Source: Phoronis australis (Eukaryota; Animalia; Phoronida). From it: a stretch of 64,000 nucleotides of DNA. How positions within the stretch are numbered: position 1 is the first letter of the stretch; the number at the start of each line of letters is the position of its first letter. The notes under the pieces are model-generated. The model saw only the letters and a program-made list of their open reading frames with translations, had not been told where the DNA came from and made no database searches. Location: NCBI GenBank assembly GCA_002633005.1, contig NMRA01000049.1, positions 511,189-575,188 of the forward strand, in the 5' to 3' direction. Below are positions 63,030 to 64,000 of the stretch, piece after piece. A program made the position numbers and the translations under genes.

Positions 63030-64000
63030 GTTTAATTCTCACTTAACTCGCACATTGTGCATAGTTAACTCCCCTGTCTGTGTGGTGCTGTGCATGTGGT
63101 GATTCATAACGACGTCGTTCATTTTAATGTCACGTGTCGCTTGTAGAAGTACTAACAACTTCGTAAAGAAAAAAATGATACCTGGCTGTTTGACGCAAAC
63201 TATCATTGGATATCTTCGTAGTGAACATACTGAGTTTGTTTATGGAGTTGGTACTTCTACTCGAAGTTGTATGATTGTTCTTTTGATTCTTTAAAGATTT
63301 CCTCCTGTCTTATTTCATACGCGGTATTGCATATCTAATGTAGTTTTGACTAAATGTTTTTTATTTTCATTTCTAGATTGTAATTTTAATTGAAACTATG
63401 AAAAAAGAGATTGCTGCATATGTCTGTTACAAGTTTGGCCCTTCGTGATTTTGAATGAAATGATGTTAGCTTAGAACTGTGTTTGAGTTTACCTGTGGAT
63501 AAACTGACTTCAACAAAAAAATCTCTGAGCTTGAGTAATCTCACTGTTGTTCAATGCTTTTTGACATCTTAAAAATTGGAGGAGCAGTTTGCATGGCTTT
63601 CGGTTATAACACTTAAAATTTAACAATCAAATCCTTCTCCACTATGGTTTTAGTTCAGCCTGTATCACTCATAGTAAAATCTTTCTAATTTTGGACAAAA
63701 TATGACGAACAAGTGAAAATTTATTTTCTATCTTTTCATATATGGTGCTTTACCATGTTCAAGTTGTGTACTGTAGCTAGCAACAGAAAATATTTTGAAC
63801 TGTTGTGGTTATTCACAATAATGTTAGAAACCCTTTGAAATTTTTAAAAAGTGCAATGTTGGCAATAATTTTTGTCCGAAATTGGTGAGATTTTAACGTA
63901 TTTCTACAACAGCTTCAAATTTCAGGTGGTGGAAATGATTCCATGGCCACGCCTCTAAATTCCAATTGCGATTCATAATCCTGCACAAGAAATCATCCGT

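Overview
AT-rich, intron-containing animal DNA, probably a heterozygous invertebrate draft assembly with single-N joins at 5089, 12630, 33695 and 45533. It is not prokaryotic. Three protein-coding genes were reconstructed by reading splice sites. (1) The 3' part of a Shank/ProSAP scaffold gene on + has 7 exons from 51 to 20384, encoding a PDZ domain split over three exons, a long proline-rich region and a C-terminal SAM domain. (2) A RABL2 small GTPase gene on - has 8 exons from 38552 to 27131. It is convergent with Shank, contains a U12 minor intron, and its exon 3 is cut by an assembly gap. (3) The 5' end of an unidentified + strand gene, divergent from RABL2, appears to have three alternative ATG-bearing first exons (39082, 46484, 56909). 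Each carries a PIGF motif and ends in Ile-G, so splicing to a shared exon at 57590 rebuilds IGFE. The introns hold many non-autonomous DNA transposons: TA-flanked CCGTA-TIR elements (one carrying a decayed HIRAN-like gene), Helentron/DINE-1-like elements with arrays of CTCF-consensus motifs, a long-TIR foldback element, hAT-like MITEs and tiny hairpin elements. Two apparent tandem duplications are probably uncollapsed haplotypes. All domain and family calls are from motif recognition by eye; no searches were run.
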